Positions 27,199 through 39,351 of a stretch of DNA of 64,000 bases are shown in pieces. The notes under the pieces are model-generated. The model had not been told where the DNA came from and ran no database searches. It saw nothing but the letters and a program-made list of their open reading frames with translations. Numbering within the stretch: the stretch's first letter is position 1; each line of letters starts with the position of its first letter. This stretch comes from Dimorphilus gyrociliatus (lineage: Eukaryota; Animalia; Annelida). Position numbers and translations under genes: made by a program. Location of the stretch: assembly GCA_904063045.1 (NCBI GenBank), contig CAJFCJ010000001.1, positions 434,001 to 498,000 of the forward strand, written 5' to 3'.

Positions 27199-30100
27199 AT
27201 TACATATATTAGTGGTTCATTTTCAATTTACAATGGCTAACTAAAAAACATTTATTTTGTTAGTTAAATACTATAATATTTAAATGTATTAATTAAGGAG
27301 ACATCTTGTATAGTTTGTTTAAGAGCTATGAATATAATAATACTTTAAAATATCTTTTAATAATCTAATTAAATAAAAGAAAGATGAGAGAAACTAATTA
27401 ATTCTCGGCTTTTCATCATTTTCTAATTTACTCTTTTGAGAAAATAACAAGGAATTATTATGTAAATTTATCTTTAAAGAGCAATTAACTATTTAACTTT
27501 TATGTTAAAATTCTGAGATATTCTACTGAATTAATTTAAATGAAATAGTAACAATTCTTCTATTTCTATTTTCTATTTTGTTGAATTGGAATAGAAAGAA
27601 AACAAATAAAAAACAAATTAGAATTGATTTCTTATGGAATTTTTCTTTTTTTGGTGTAATCTTTTCTTTTCCTCTCTTTTTTCTTTTACTAATTTTCTCA
27701 CTCCTTTTAATTATTTTGGAATGAATGTATATATCTCTTATTCTCTCTATTCTTATCTTGCTAAACTAAGAAAAAGAAATTATTCCCTCACAAATAAGGA
27801 TTTAATCTCTTGAGATTTTATTAAATTAAGAAGTAAACAATGTGTTTTTTATATAAAACCTAAATTCGATACCTTTTTATTGTGTCTGAAATTGGTTTTT
27901 TTTTCTTTGCCCTTCTTAATTTTTCATTAATTCCTTTCAAATAGAAATAAGAGTTGTTTTTAAAAATAATAGACCATTTTTAAGAGGCAAAATGTTAAAT
28001 ATACATTATATATACTATACATGTTATCTTAGTATTGAAATAAAGGGAAAGAGAGAGAGAGAGGGAGAGAGGGAGAGAGGGAGAGAGAGAGAGAAGACAG
28101 AGGAGAAAATTCCAAATAAATAGAATTTTTATTTTATTTTTATTGTACTGTTTTATAGTTTGGAGGAATAGCATCGTCATTTATTAGGTTAGACAATCAA
28201 GGTTTGTATAATCAAACAGAACGCCCAATATTATTGTAATAAAAGTAATCAACTGTTTTCATTTACTTATTTAGAATAAATTTTAACAAAGAAGCCGGGG
28301 AGGAGGAAGTAAACGAGAGAGAGAAAGACAGAGGGAGAGAGAGAATGTCAAAAGCAATAAATATTACCGTAACAAGCTCAAGCTATGATCCTCGCCCCTG
28401 TAATATTTAAACCAAAATTGACTTTGTCACTAAAGGAAAATACAGCCGAAAAACTGATAAAAACATTTAAAATTATATTTAATTAAAATTGATATTTGAT
28501 ATGATGGTAAATATGATTATAGATTAGAATTTCTCTAATTATCTCGTGAACACTGGGAGAAATTAGAGAAAAAAACGGCCTAAGGCTAAAGGTAAAAATT
28601 ATGTATAATTAATCTATCTAATAAAGTAAAATTATTCGCATCTTAACCTTCTACGTAAAGTTTGTTAAAGCATAATGATGTATCTTTTAGACGTGTTTTG
28701 AAATCTAATCAAAATGCTTGTCAATTAACCATACTACTAAGTGATTTCTTAGAAAAAACCAATATACACATTTTTTTGTTCTGTTTATTGCCCTAATATT
28801 TTATATATAGGCTAAATATAAAATTATATCTCAGTTTATTGTCTAAGTTGTTCATAAACAGTACAATAAAAGCAAGAGGAGGTAGTAAAAATAACCAAGT
28901 AGAATACTATCAAAGTACACAATCAGTTAAGTAAAATTTCTTCTACTAGTATAATCTAGACCCTACTCCAAATGTATAGTTTTATATTTACACCAAAAAA
29001 CATCACTTATGTAATTTGCGCAACTTATTTTTCTTTCTATAGCCAAGTAAAGGATTAGTTATTATTGTTGATTCTTCTTTGTATAGGGCAGGTTAAGGAT
29101 TAAGAGTTAGGTTAGGAACGTTTTTCACTTAAGAGATGCCACTTTATTTAAAGAAGTTGTTATTTGGTGGGAAAAATACGCTTCTGAAGGTATTAGTTGA
29201 AGAGAAAGTACCAATTCAGCCAACGCATACAGAATATATATATATACTGTATATATATATATGTGTGTGTAAATCTTCAGATGCATGTTTACACCACAAA
29301 AATACTTAAAAGTACAAATTGCCCTTATATGGTTTGACTAAGACAAGTTATATAATATTAATAAAAAAGAAGTACTAAAACCTTAACCATGATAAGGTTT
29401 TCCTTCTTTCCTCTCTTTTTTATCTTTCTTCCTTTCTCTCTATGTATCTATTCCACTCACACTCTCTATCTTTCTCCTCCCTCCGTCCCTCCCCTCCCTT
29501 TCTCTCTCTCTCTCTCTCTCTCTGTCTTTCTTATTCTTTTCTCCTATCCTTTTTCTATTTATTTTTTCATCCTATTTCAAATAAAGGAAAAACCTATTAA
29601 GTTTATATTTTTGCTGATACTAACACACTTATATTTCTGGAACAGCAAATAGACTATCTTTTTGATTTGTCAGCTGATAATGATTTATCAGCCTTGCATT
29701 TTAAAGCGTCAATGTTAATGAATTAATTATAGATGATTATATTAATTTGAAAAATGAAGAAGCAATTTATTTCGTATCTTCGTTGAATAACTACATTAAT
29801 TAAATGAAGTATATACATTTTTATAAATTTAATCATAAAACATATGAACCGGAAGCGGGAGACTACTGGTTTCATTCCCATCCTCCTGTTACTTTTCCTC
29901 CAGTAAGGATGTTCTTACTGTATGATACAAATAGGTTGTATACAATAATTTTAATAATTATACAGCATATAATGGATTATAGAGCACTATCTAGATGACG
30001 TTGTAGGTTCTATCTATACAGTATAAACTGTAAACTAGTATATATTATATTTTATGTAAATTTCTCCAAATCTTCTTTAGGTTAATAGCCTTGTTTTCTA

Positions 30101-31469
30101 TTATCAATTTGCAAAGGTTCGTGTTTGGAAAGGGAAGCATTTCCCAATCATTAATACTGAATTTTGTGGATTTCCTTCCCTATTTTTCTATTTCACTTTT
30201 ATTTTTATTCAACTTCTTTGACGTCGATTGTTAAATTATACGCAATTGGGAATCATCTAATCACTTAAGTACTTGTTTATCGAGTAATTACTAGAGGGGT
30301 TTGTATCCAAGGAAAAAATGATTTGTAATACTTCAACAGCAATATAGTATGATGGTCAATTGAAAGTGTTAGTAATGCTAAGGGAAGTGGACGCAATTTT
30401 ATTACAGATGCGCAATTTACTATTTGCAGCCCCAATCTCCCTCTCTTTTTAGCTCAATCAAATACATGTTTGTCGATAAAATCGCATCCTCAACTATGCT
30501 TAATATATCCTTTCGCCCACTCTTCAGCTTTAACTCATTTTTCTTTGCCGTATCGCCCTTCACCCTTTTTAACAAGAATTCTTCCAGATGTTTATAAATA
30601 TTACGCAATGCCCGTTTATCCCTTATAAAAGTTGCTACTTAGGCTTATACAAAATTTATGAGAAATAATTCGACGGGTGGTTGAGTAGATTTTTGCTTGG
30701 CAGGAGTAGAAACTATGAGAAATAGAGTTGCTATTTTTTTTTTTGCACTTATGAAAAGTTAAAGACATTTATTACTGAAATAAACCAATCAGAATGACAA
30801 TAATGTACTACTGTTGGATTTTTAGAATAAGGATCTTAATACCAATTTGTTTTTTTATGATGAAATCATTGTTATATATTAAATATTCATTTACATGTAT
30901 TACGGTGTATATTCTATTTGAGGAAAACTTTAGAAAATAGATTATGATAATCTTAACAATAATGAAAAAGGAAAAAAGTACTTGTACTTTATTTCTTTTC
31001 ATTCCCTTTTTTTTCAATTAGAAATGCGTAAATTAGGCCAATTCCCAAAATATACAATAAAGTAGAGAATGTTGTTTTTACATCTTTTTCATTCTATACT
31101 AAACTTATCCGTTTTTCTTCAGTTTTTGTATTCTTTTAAGTTGAAAGTAGTTATTAATTTTCATATTTCCCGTATACTTTACTAAAGTTAGTCTCTTCTT
31201 CCTTCTTTCTCTCGCTCTCTCTCTCTCTCTCACACACATATATATATATATAGTATACACGCACCAATCTTCATCTACAGTCTCGGACTCCTATCTTTAT
31301 TTCTCTTATTATTCTAGTGTTTCTGGCCTTTTTAAGTATAAATAACTATTTGATATATAAAACATTCTTAAACCAATTCGTAAAAAGGCATATCTAATAT
31401 AAATGCCCTTATTTCAAGTACGGTTCCAAGCGCCATATATATAATTTGTATATATAGTTAAATTTGCGC

Positions 31470-32609
31470 ATGCGCCGGATAAACTACGGAATCGAGGCGA
31501 GAAAACATTTTTATTATTCTGATACGGAGCTTCAAGAGCTCCATGCTAATATGAACAACTCATCAAATGAGGCACACTTGGCTTCCGAAATCGCCAGATT
31601 CGCTGTACCTTTTGTTTTTCTAAACATCTTTATTGTTGGAGTAATAGGAAATGGGACTTTGGTTTTTACTGTCTTCCACAATAAGGTTCTTCATAATGCT
31701 CCAAACATACATATTGTATCTTTGGCAATTGGCGATTTACTTTTAATTGTTATCACGATACCATTTACGGCAACTATCTTCACTTTTGAAAGCTGGCCAT
31801 ATGGAGTAGTAGTCTGCAAGCTAAGCGAATATCTGCAAACTTTGTCTGTCGGCGTCTCCGTGTTCACTCTGACGGCGTTAAGCGCTGATCGTTACAACGC
31901 TATCGTCAATCCGATTAAGCATGTCAAGAAAGTGTCGCCCGTAAAATTCGCTTTAATCATTGCTTCTTTAATTTGGATCGCCTCTGCCCTTCTTGCCCTT
32001 CCAGATGCTATCTTATCATCAGTTGAGGATATGGGTGGTATCTGTATATGTAAAAAATATACTTCGACCCAGCCTAACTGGTATCCGAAAGTGAGGGTGA
32101 TAACAGATTTTACACTCTACTTCAGCGTTCCTCTCCTAGTCGTGTTCGTGTTCTATGTCCTGATGGCTAGGATGCTGACAACAAGTGCCAGGGGATTACG
32201 AGAAGGGCAAGGTTCGTCCGACAGGGTAAATAAACAAATGGATTCGAGGAAGAAAGTAGCCAAACTAGTTTTGGCTTTTGTTCTTGTCTTTGCTGTTTGT
32301 TGGCTACCAAGACACATCTATGTATTTTGGTATCAGTTCGACGAAGAGACAATGTCTGTGTTTTGGTTTTTCTTCAAGATCTCTAGTTTCTGTCTAGCAT
32401 TTATAAATTCATGCGTCAATCCAATATCGTTATATCTTTTATCCAAACAATTTAGGTCCTATTACAACCGTTATCTGTTTTGCTGTTGTAACTCTAGTGC
32501 TTATAGAAACCACGAAACATTGCAAATGAAATGTCGAACGCAAATTCGTCCAACAACAAATAGTACAACAGCGTTTAGTTTATTACAGACGACTAATGTC
32601 GATAAATGA
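31470..32609 (+). CDS. Class A neuropeptide GPCR of the bombesin/GRP-CCHamide-excitatory peptide (EP) receptor group
   Basis: Intronless 7TM ORF with GVIGNGTL, NAPNIHIVSLAIGDLL, SADRY, CWLPRH and NSCVNPISLYLLSKQFRSYYNRYLFCCC. Confidence 0.85.
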   Translation: MRRINYGIEARKHFYYSDTELQELHANMNNSSNEAHLASEIARFAVPFVFLNIFIVGVIGNGTLVFTVFHNKVLHNAPNIHIVSLAIGDLLLIVITIPFTATIFTFESWPYGVVVCKLSEYLQTLSVGVSVFTLTALSADRYNAIVNPIKHVKKVSPVKFALIIASLIWIASALLALPDAILSSVEDMGGICICKKYTSTQPNWYPKVRVITDFTLYFSVPLLVVFVFYVLMARMLTTSARGLREGQGSSDRVNKQMDSRKKVAKLVLAFVLVFAVCWLPRHIYVFWYQFDEETMSVFWFFFKISSFCLAFINSCVNPISLYLLSKQFRSYYNRYLFCCCNSSAYRNHETLQMKCRTQIRPTTNSTTAFSLLQTTNVDK

Positions 32610-35600
32610 CGACGAAAGTTGGAAAAGGTTTCACTGGAGAACGAAGAAAGAAATTTCTGTACATAAGTATTGATGTTGTGCAGTCAGCCCTTTCGAAAGT
32701 GTACGAACAGGAAATAAATATATATGTATATAAATTATATATGCTTATAAATCTTGTTTATTTACAGATGTATATACAGATATACATGTATTATATACAT
32801 ATATATATATATATAGTACATATGTATTTAAAATAAGAGCAAGTGCACAACACATGTGAACCATTCATTAAATTAATATATGCATTTATCGAACCTAATA
32901 ATTTAATTTTAGTACTTATACCTTCCTATATTTATTACTTGAAACAACCAAACTCATTCCCTCTCTTCAATTTCATATTGATCATTCCTAAGTAAATACA
33001 ATCAAAAGAATATAGGCCTAAACCTAACGGGGCTCGTGTAGGAGTTGGAACTTATTCGTTACATAGCAGACCTCTCGGTAAGAACATACAGGTAATTAGA
33101 TTGCGCCAAGTTAAAAGGATGTCTGTTGTCCTTTTAATTTCTCAGTAGGGGAGAAATTTGACTTATCCGGAACATTGTCTACTAAGAAACTGATAAAACT
33201 TATTCATATTTAACAGGAAATTGGCCTATGAATTTATAATAGACGCTCGTCTAAAATTTTTCTGGCTATATCAAATTTTTACACCACGAAAACTTGATAT
33301 GAAAGCAACTAGACGCAAGTTTTGAAGTGCACAAGTCAACCTTCCCTAAGCAGTCTTTCAGACTTGCTAATAAAGACGGTCTAGGTGAGGGAATCGGGAA
33401 AAAACCCTAAAGCTGAATGAGGCTATTTTTTGTATAATAATCTACTCGAGCAATATATTATCTAATATAAAAGTCCTTTTTTTTCAATAAAACTTTGCTC
33501 TCTTATCATTTCATAACTTAATTGCTTCTATAGAAATTAACATAATTAGATAATAAAGAAAAATTGTATATTAACTGTGCTATTTTCCACTCATAAACTA
33601 TAAAATAAAGGAATATCATTTTAGACGCCTATAAATAAATATTTGGGATGTTAACAGGAAATGGATACCATATATATATTAAATATATATATAAAATATA
33701 TATATATATATATTTATATATATAAATTAATGCCTACATAGTCTTTCCTTAAATATTTTATGCTATAAGAATTTTAATTAATAAAATATTTAAAAGAAAA
33801 TCATATCAACCAAAGGAAGCTGAAAAATACGATTCAGTTGATGGTTGGCTTATCCTTTGAGATCAATTTTTTTTATATCTGGCCTCTTACAGCTTACGAT
33901 TACTTGAAAATGAAGTTTTCGTTCCTAGTTCCTCATAATATCCTCTTCCTTTTAGAATATTACTTAAAGAAATCACAAGAACTGCTTCCTATCGCTGAGC
34001 ATACTTAAGACCATGAGAAAGAAAAAAGGTAATTTATCAAAGGAACGATATTTCCCAACAGAAAACCTTTTTCAACTAGTTCTTTACCTGAAATTAAACG
34101 AAACTATGATAATTATATCTAGCGAATTGAATTACAGGTCTATTATAATATACAATATATGTAAAAATAATTTTAAACATACCCAATTATTAGACTAAAA
34201 GAGTAATAAACGTATCTGCCAATTATTTATGTTGAGAAGAGAATCTTGTCTCTTCTAATTTATCTCTATATTTATCTCTCTAGATCTCTTAAATACTCCT
34301 TATCTCAACAACCCTTCTCTCTCTTAACGCCACCTTCTTTGCACCTATCTTCTTTTCTTCCTTTCTTTCATCTTCTCTCTCTATTCACTAGACTTGCATT
34401 ATTTTACTTAGTTATCGTTTTTATCGGAAATAAGATAAGAAGGATTATTGAGCAAATGTTGAAGACAAGGAAGAAAATCACCATCAGATACTTTTAAACT
34501 ATATAAAGATATATATACTGTATATACAGTCTATATAGTATATGCAGTATATATTAGAGTATATAATTGACCGTTTAGAATGCAAGATTAATGCGTCGGA
34601 TTGTTATAACGTCCTTTATATTTCAATCATAAATCAAATTAACCTCCTTTTCCTTAAATTTAACCTATAAATATACAAACTTTTAGACACCATCATTTAT
34701 TTATTTATTCCCTTCGGTACAGTTAGATTATTACTTATTAAGATAGTAAGTAGCCGAGAAAAAACAAAATCTCTGTTTGCCCCTGAAATAAAGTCGTGCG
34801 CAATAGGCTTAATTTCGTATTTGGCACTTTTTAATTATTAAACAAGAATAGAAATGAAAAAAGTAGTAGAAAAGAATCATTTCTTCTCTTTTCTCTGTTT
34901 AGATTTAATATATATATATATATATAAACTATATACACATTTCTTTAATCAAGATTTTATTACCTACAATAAACATTTATCTCTATTTCTACTCAACAAA
35001 AATAAAAGTAAGAGAAAAAGGAAGAAGAAGGCAATAGTTGGAATTTTCTCTTTACTGTCTTCTTTTCCTCTTCTTAAACTAATTAAAATAATTATTAAAA
35101 GTTTTTAAAATCTTCAATATAGTAAAATAGATTAATTAAACTCGTAATTATTAATTATTATCAATATTTATTAAGATTTAAGCTTCTTACTCGTTTCTTA
35201 ATGACATAATAATATACCTAGAATTAATATTACCAATAGTACTCCATCTTTATATTAAGAAATTCAAAGTTTTGACAGTTAACTATATATTTAACAAATA
35301 TTTATTGGGGAAAAACAATCTAAGCATGAATCAACAATCACTTTGAATATATATAATCTACATATATATAAATATACATATATAGTTTATATAGTATACA
35401 GTATATATATATATAGATAATTGATTGATATGTTTAGAAAGAGTACAATATACAATAAAACAGTGAATAGACGGAAGTAGATGGGGTGAGGTAAGGAGGG
35501 ATGAGAGATAAGTTTAAAGAAAAGGACAGAATATTCTCGATTCCTTTCCTCATTCAAATATTCCAAAAGTATATAATACATAATGGCTTTTCTCGATATT

Positions 35601-35676
35601 TTTCATAGGATCACTTTCAATCTACTTGCAAGGCGAGAAGTGGGAATTTCGTCAAGTATCATTCGATTCCCCCAAT

Positions 35677-35680
<4 letters not shown>

Positions 35681-35709
<29 letters not shown>
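35681..35709. repeat. (TA)n microsatellite
   Basis: TA run read directly. Confidence 0.9.
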
Positions 35710-35714
<5 letters not shown>

Positions 35715-35932
35715 TCGATAGATGGCGCCGGCGATCGTTAGCTAAAAACTTGGGCTTCATAACGTTTTGAGTAGATAATGTAGGAGTATAATAGACAGAT
35801 ATGTATCATAATAGGGGTCTACAGCGTCTAGTGTTCTCCGACTATATACTTTATACGTGAAAGAATAAATTTGTGGATTCGGTTTAGATTACCATTAGAA
35901 TATGTACGATACTTAAAAACCTCGTAAACGAA

Positions 35933-36823
35933 TCAATAGATTGTAGTTGGTATAACAGATATCCGATTGGTTGTTTTCTTATTCCAAATTTGCAAAGTTT
36001 GCCCAATAGCCCGACGGAGGGGATTATGCAAAGCCAAGTATAAAATCGGATTGATTACGGCATGGGAAAAGAAAATCAGAAGAAAAATTTGACGTATCAA
36101 GTCGGCGACTTTCTGATCACGATCGGCTATCACAAGTAATAAATAGGGTAGCCAACAGACGACGTAGACTATAGTGATGACGAACAAATTACGGGTCACG
36201 CGAAATTGCTGATGCTTCCTCTTCAAGATGATCGCTCGTCGAAAGACGATGTAGTAACTAATTAAGGTTATAGCTGTGCCTATGATGACCATTGATAGAA
36301 GAAAGACAGTGTCTGAGACATAATTCTCTTCGATTATCGCCTCCACTATGCATAATCTATAAGGTTTTTCGTTGGACGGAAAGTATCCGTTCGTATAAGC
36401 CATTGGATACAGGCCAAGTACTAGACTAGATGTCCAAGTCACAATTAGGGAGACGATAGTTCTCGTATTCGAAAAGAGTTTATCGTAAAGAAGGTTCGAG
36501 ATGTTCATCATTAAAGCTCGGTTCACTGCAATAGCGGTCAAACTAATAAAGCTTACAAACGTTAGGCAACAATTAAATAAGGCTATAAATTCACATCCAG
36601 AAACAGCTTTTGTAGTGGTCACAGAATAGGCATTAAATGGACAGGTTATCCCACACAATAGCAAATCCGAAATGGCGACTGATACCAGATAAAAGTTGCA
36701 CGTCTTCCTCATAGAACGGGTAAGTAGAATAACTGAGATTATAGCTGAATTGGTGACAAATCCAATTAGGGCTAGAAGGCTAAAAGAGAGAGAGTAAGCG
36801 ATCCTTTGTCCAAAACTAAACAT
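35933..36823 (-). CDS. Class A GPCR, melatonin-receptor/Tre1-Moody-like
   Basis: Intronless 7TM ORF (first ATG 36823) with NFYLVSVAISDLL, AIAVNRA (an NRx variant of DRY), CWLPY and HAVINPILY. Confidence 0.78.
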   Translation of the reverse strand: MFSFGQRIAYSLSFSLLALIGFVTNSAIISVILLTRSMRKTCNFYLVSVAISDLLLCGITCPFNAYSVTTTKAVSGCEFIALFNCCLTFVSFISLTAIAVNRALMMNISNLLYDKLFSNTRTIVSLIVTWTSSLVLGLYPMAYTNGYFPSNEKPYRLCIVEAIIEENYVSDTVFLLSMVIIGTAITLISYYIVFRRAIILKRKHQQFRVTRNLFVITIVYVVCWLPYLLLVIADRDQKVADLIRQIFLLIFFSHAVINPILYLALHNPLRRAIGQTLQIWNKKTTNRISVIPTTIY

Positions 36824-36991
36824 GTTTGCCAAGTTATAATAGACGTCTCTTTCTTTGCAACTGCCTCTATCTCTTTCTCTCGCCTTCTTTACTTCTCTCT
36901 TTTTCTCACATTTTTCCACTCCTTACCGTCTCTTTATACAGGCTATAAACTGTTTACGATCGTGAGAAAGATTGCAGATTTTTTTCTTTCT

Positions 36992-38107
36992 TTAAACAAT
37001 AAAAGCGCTTGCCCGACGCCCTCGAGACGATGTAGCACTGGCAGCTGCGCTAATACTTGGGAAGAAATCATATCTCGAACCTGACGGTAGCTCGGCGGAC
37101 AAATACTGACTACTACTCGTTTCAATTCGAACCTGCGGAAGTCCGCCGTCTGACGAAGGTCTTTGACCTAGGAGCAAAGGTCCACTAAATTCGTTAGGGT
37201 CGGCGAAAAATCCTCCGGCACCCTTTATCAGCGAATAGACGGCGAAAGGTGTTATCAGCGGCTGTGACCAGGCCAGTATAGATAAGAATTTGTAGACTAA
37301 CTGAGGAGCATTCACTAACGGTTCAATGGCGTACAGAGTCAACAAGGGTAGACAAGCTATGACAAAAAGTACCGTATAAGCTGATAGAACTCTTAGTTTG
37401 TAGGTCATCATCTTTACAGTGTCCCTTACATTCCTCTTGTCTACCATGACGGATTGACGGCGTTGTGAGTTGGTTCGAACCGACGGATCAATAGAAACTG
37501 TGGCCCTTACCAGAGTCGATAGTCTGTAGTAGTTGCATTTAGATATATCCTTTGCTAATTGACAAAGGAAAGCGATCGTCATAAGTATGGCCATAGCCTC
37601 TAAAAGTAGCCAAACCACGTGTAATACATAGTTATTTGTGACGCCCATAGTAAAGCGGCACTGTTCAATAGATCGTCCTCCTGGCATGAACGCTACTCCC
37701 AAATTAGTAATAATTGCGGCAAACCAGATAACAACTAGTGCAAACCAGACGCAACAGCAATTCTGTGAAGCATTTACACCCAAAGTTATATCCGAAAACG
37801 AATAGGCTTCGTTCATAACGATGGCTAAGAGATTAAACGATGCGCAAGTGACTAATACGATATAAGTACCGGCCAAAGCGCTGCAAATTGTTGGTCTGTA
37901 GACGCTAACGACAGAGAATGGAATGCAATAGGCGGATCTAATTCCATCCAAAAGACACTGGTGTAATAAAAAAGCGTTCATTGGCCTCCGTAAATTCTTC
38001 AAACAGCAGAAGGTTAGTAGTAGGAGAATGTTGGTGAGAATTCCTACTCCCGCTATACACGCTGTAAACCAACTTTCGACGGTCAACGTGGTTCCGTTGA
38101 GATGCAT
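36992..38107 (-). CDS. Divergent orphan class A GPCR, SREB (GPR27/85/173)-like in TM2
   Basis: Intronless ORF with 7 hydrophobic segments. FLLHQCLLDGIRSAYCIPF resembles SREB FLLDLCCSDILRSAICFPF as recalled. DRY is replaced by NEAY, and NPxxY by QPLITPFAVY. Confidence 0.7.
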   Translation of the reverse strand: MHLNGTTLTVESWFTACIAGVGILTNILLLLTFCCLKNLRRPMNAFLLHQCLLDGIRSAYCIPFSVVSVYRPTICSALAGTYIVLVTCASFNLLAIVMNEAYSFSDITLGVNASQNCCCVWFALVVIWFAAIITNLGVAFMPGGRSIEQCRFTMGVTNNYVLHVVWLLLEAMAILMTIAFLCQLAKDISKCNYYRLSTLVRATVSIDPSVRTNSQRRQSVMVDKRNVRDTVKMMTYKLRVLSAYTVLFVIACLPLLTLYAIEPLVNAPQLVYKFLSILAWSQPLITPFAVYSLIKGAGGFFADPNEFSGPLLLGQRPSSDGGLPQVRIETSSSQYLSAELPSGSRYDFFPSISAAASATSSRGRRASAFIV

Positions 38108-38921
38108 ACTGCAGTACTGCAACAAGGCTTAAGTACTCTTACGCTGGGTGAATACAAAAACGAGAACGTTTGAGGAATAGGCCTTATAAAAGAGAACGTC
38201 AGTTGCGACGTGACGGAGGAGCTCGATTTACGTTCAATTTCCGGTCGATGATCTTAGAATTTCTGCTACTCGATCGATGCCAGGTTGATTGGTGGCGAGT
38301 AGATTAAAAGAATTGTTATCTCTTCTTCTATTTATTTGTTTTCTACTTCTCTTATTCGCTCCACTTCTATTCCAAATATTCTTCAACCACTTCCGGTAAA
38401 AAGTTTGCCACGTCATCCGATTTCTTCTCTAGTTCACAAATGAAATTTTAAGTTATAGAAAAGCACTTTATTTATTTCAAATACAATTCTCATAAAGCGA
38501 GTTTTAGTGTACCCAGAGCTAGGCCTTATTCCAGTTTCATTTTCCTCATTCGCCCTTAAACCCTACGAATGGCACGCCATCTGATAAATCATAAGGCTCC
38601 ATCTTTCGTTCGTTTTTTTCTCGGTTTATTTTTAGCATTTCTCTATTTAATTCTGAAATCAAGACTCATGTCCAATAATGAACTATACCTTCCGCAATAA
38701 TTGACAAATAAGGCACACAAAAATTTCACAAAGGTAATATACAACATTCTCCTTTATCATAAACGAACTAAAATTATATTTTAAAAGGTCAGAATAGGCA
38801 CTTGATTAAACAAAGTAAAGAGAAATTCTTCAGTCAAACAAGAAAAAAATTAACCCTTACTGTAGCACGAAAACTTTTTTTTTTGGTAGAATAAAGTCAA
38901 TTAAGGCCTATACATTATAAC

Positions 38922-38954
<33 letters not shown>
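38922..38954. repeat. (AAT)11 microsatellite
   Basis: Perfect trinucleotide run read directly. Confidence 0.95.
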
Positions 38955-38955
<1 letters not shown>

Positions 38956-39351
38956 GTGTATGAAGAAGAAATAATAAAAAATGATTGAGAGAGAGAGACA
39001 GAAAGAGAAAAAAAACACTTCTCATAATTTACATAAATAACAGAAAAAAAACGTCAGTGTCTAATTATATATTTTTTTAAAATCACGAATGTACATACTG
39101 TATATATATATATATATTCTTTCTCTTCCCTCCCCCCTCTCTCTCTCTCTCTCTTACTGTTTTTTTATATGAATCAATAATTAATATATGTATATTGTTT
39201 TGTAACTTTTACATATGTTCAAGTGATTTATCAATTACTTTTTCCTCATATTTTTGGGTTATTAATTTCAAGTTTTTTACGCTCTATTGATTTATGTATA
39301 TATATTTATATTTATATATATCTCTATATATATACTGTATACATATATCTA

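Noticed and set aside
29092-29116. Degenerate TTAGG-like repeats
   Set aside because: Only two exact TTAGG units; compatible with chance.
33266-34484. Signal-peptide-like exon (34484-34408, minus) and 4-Cys terminal-exon candidate (33406-33266, minus)
   Set aside because: I could not join them in frame with plausible splice sites, so they are left unannotated pending RNA-seq.
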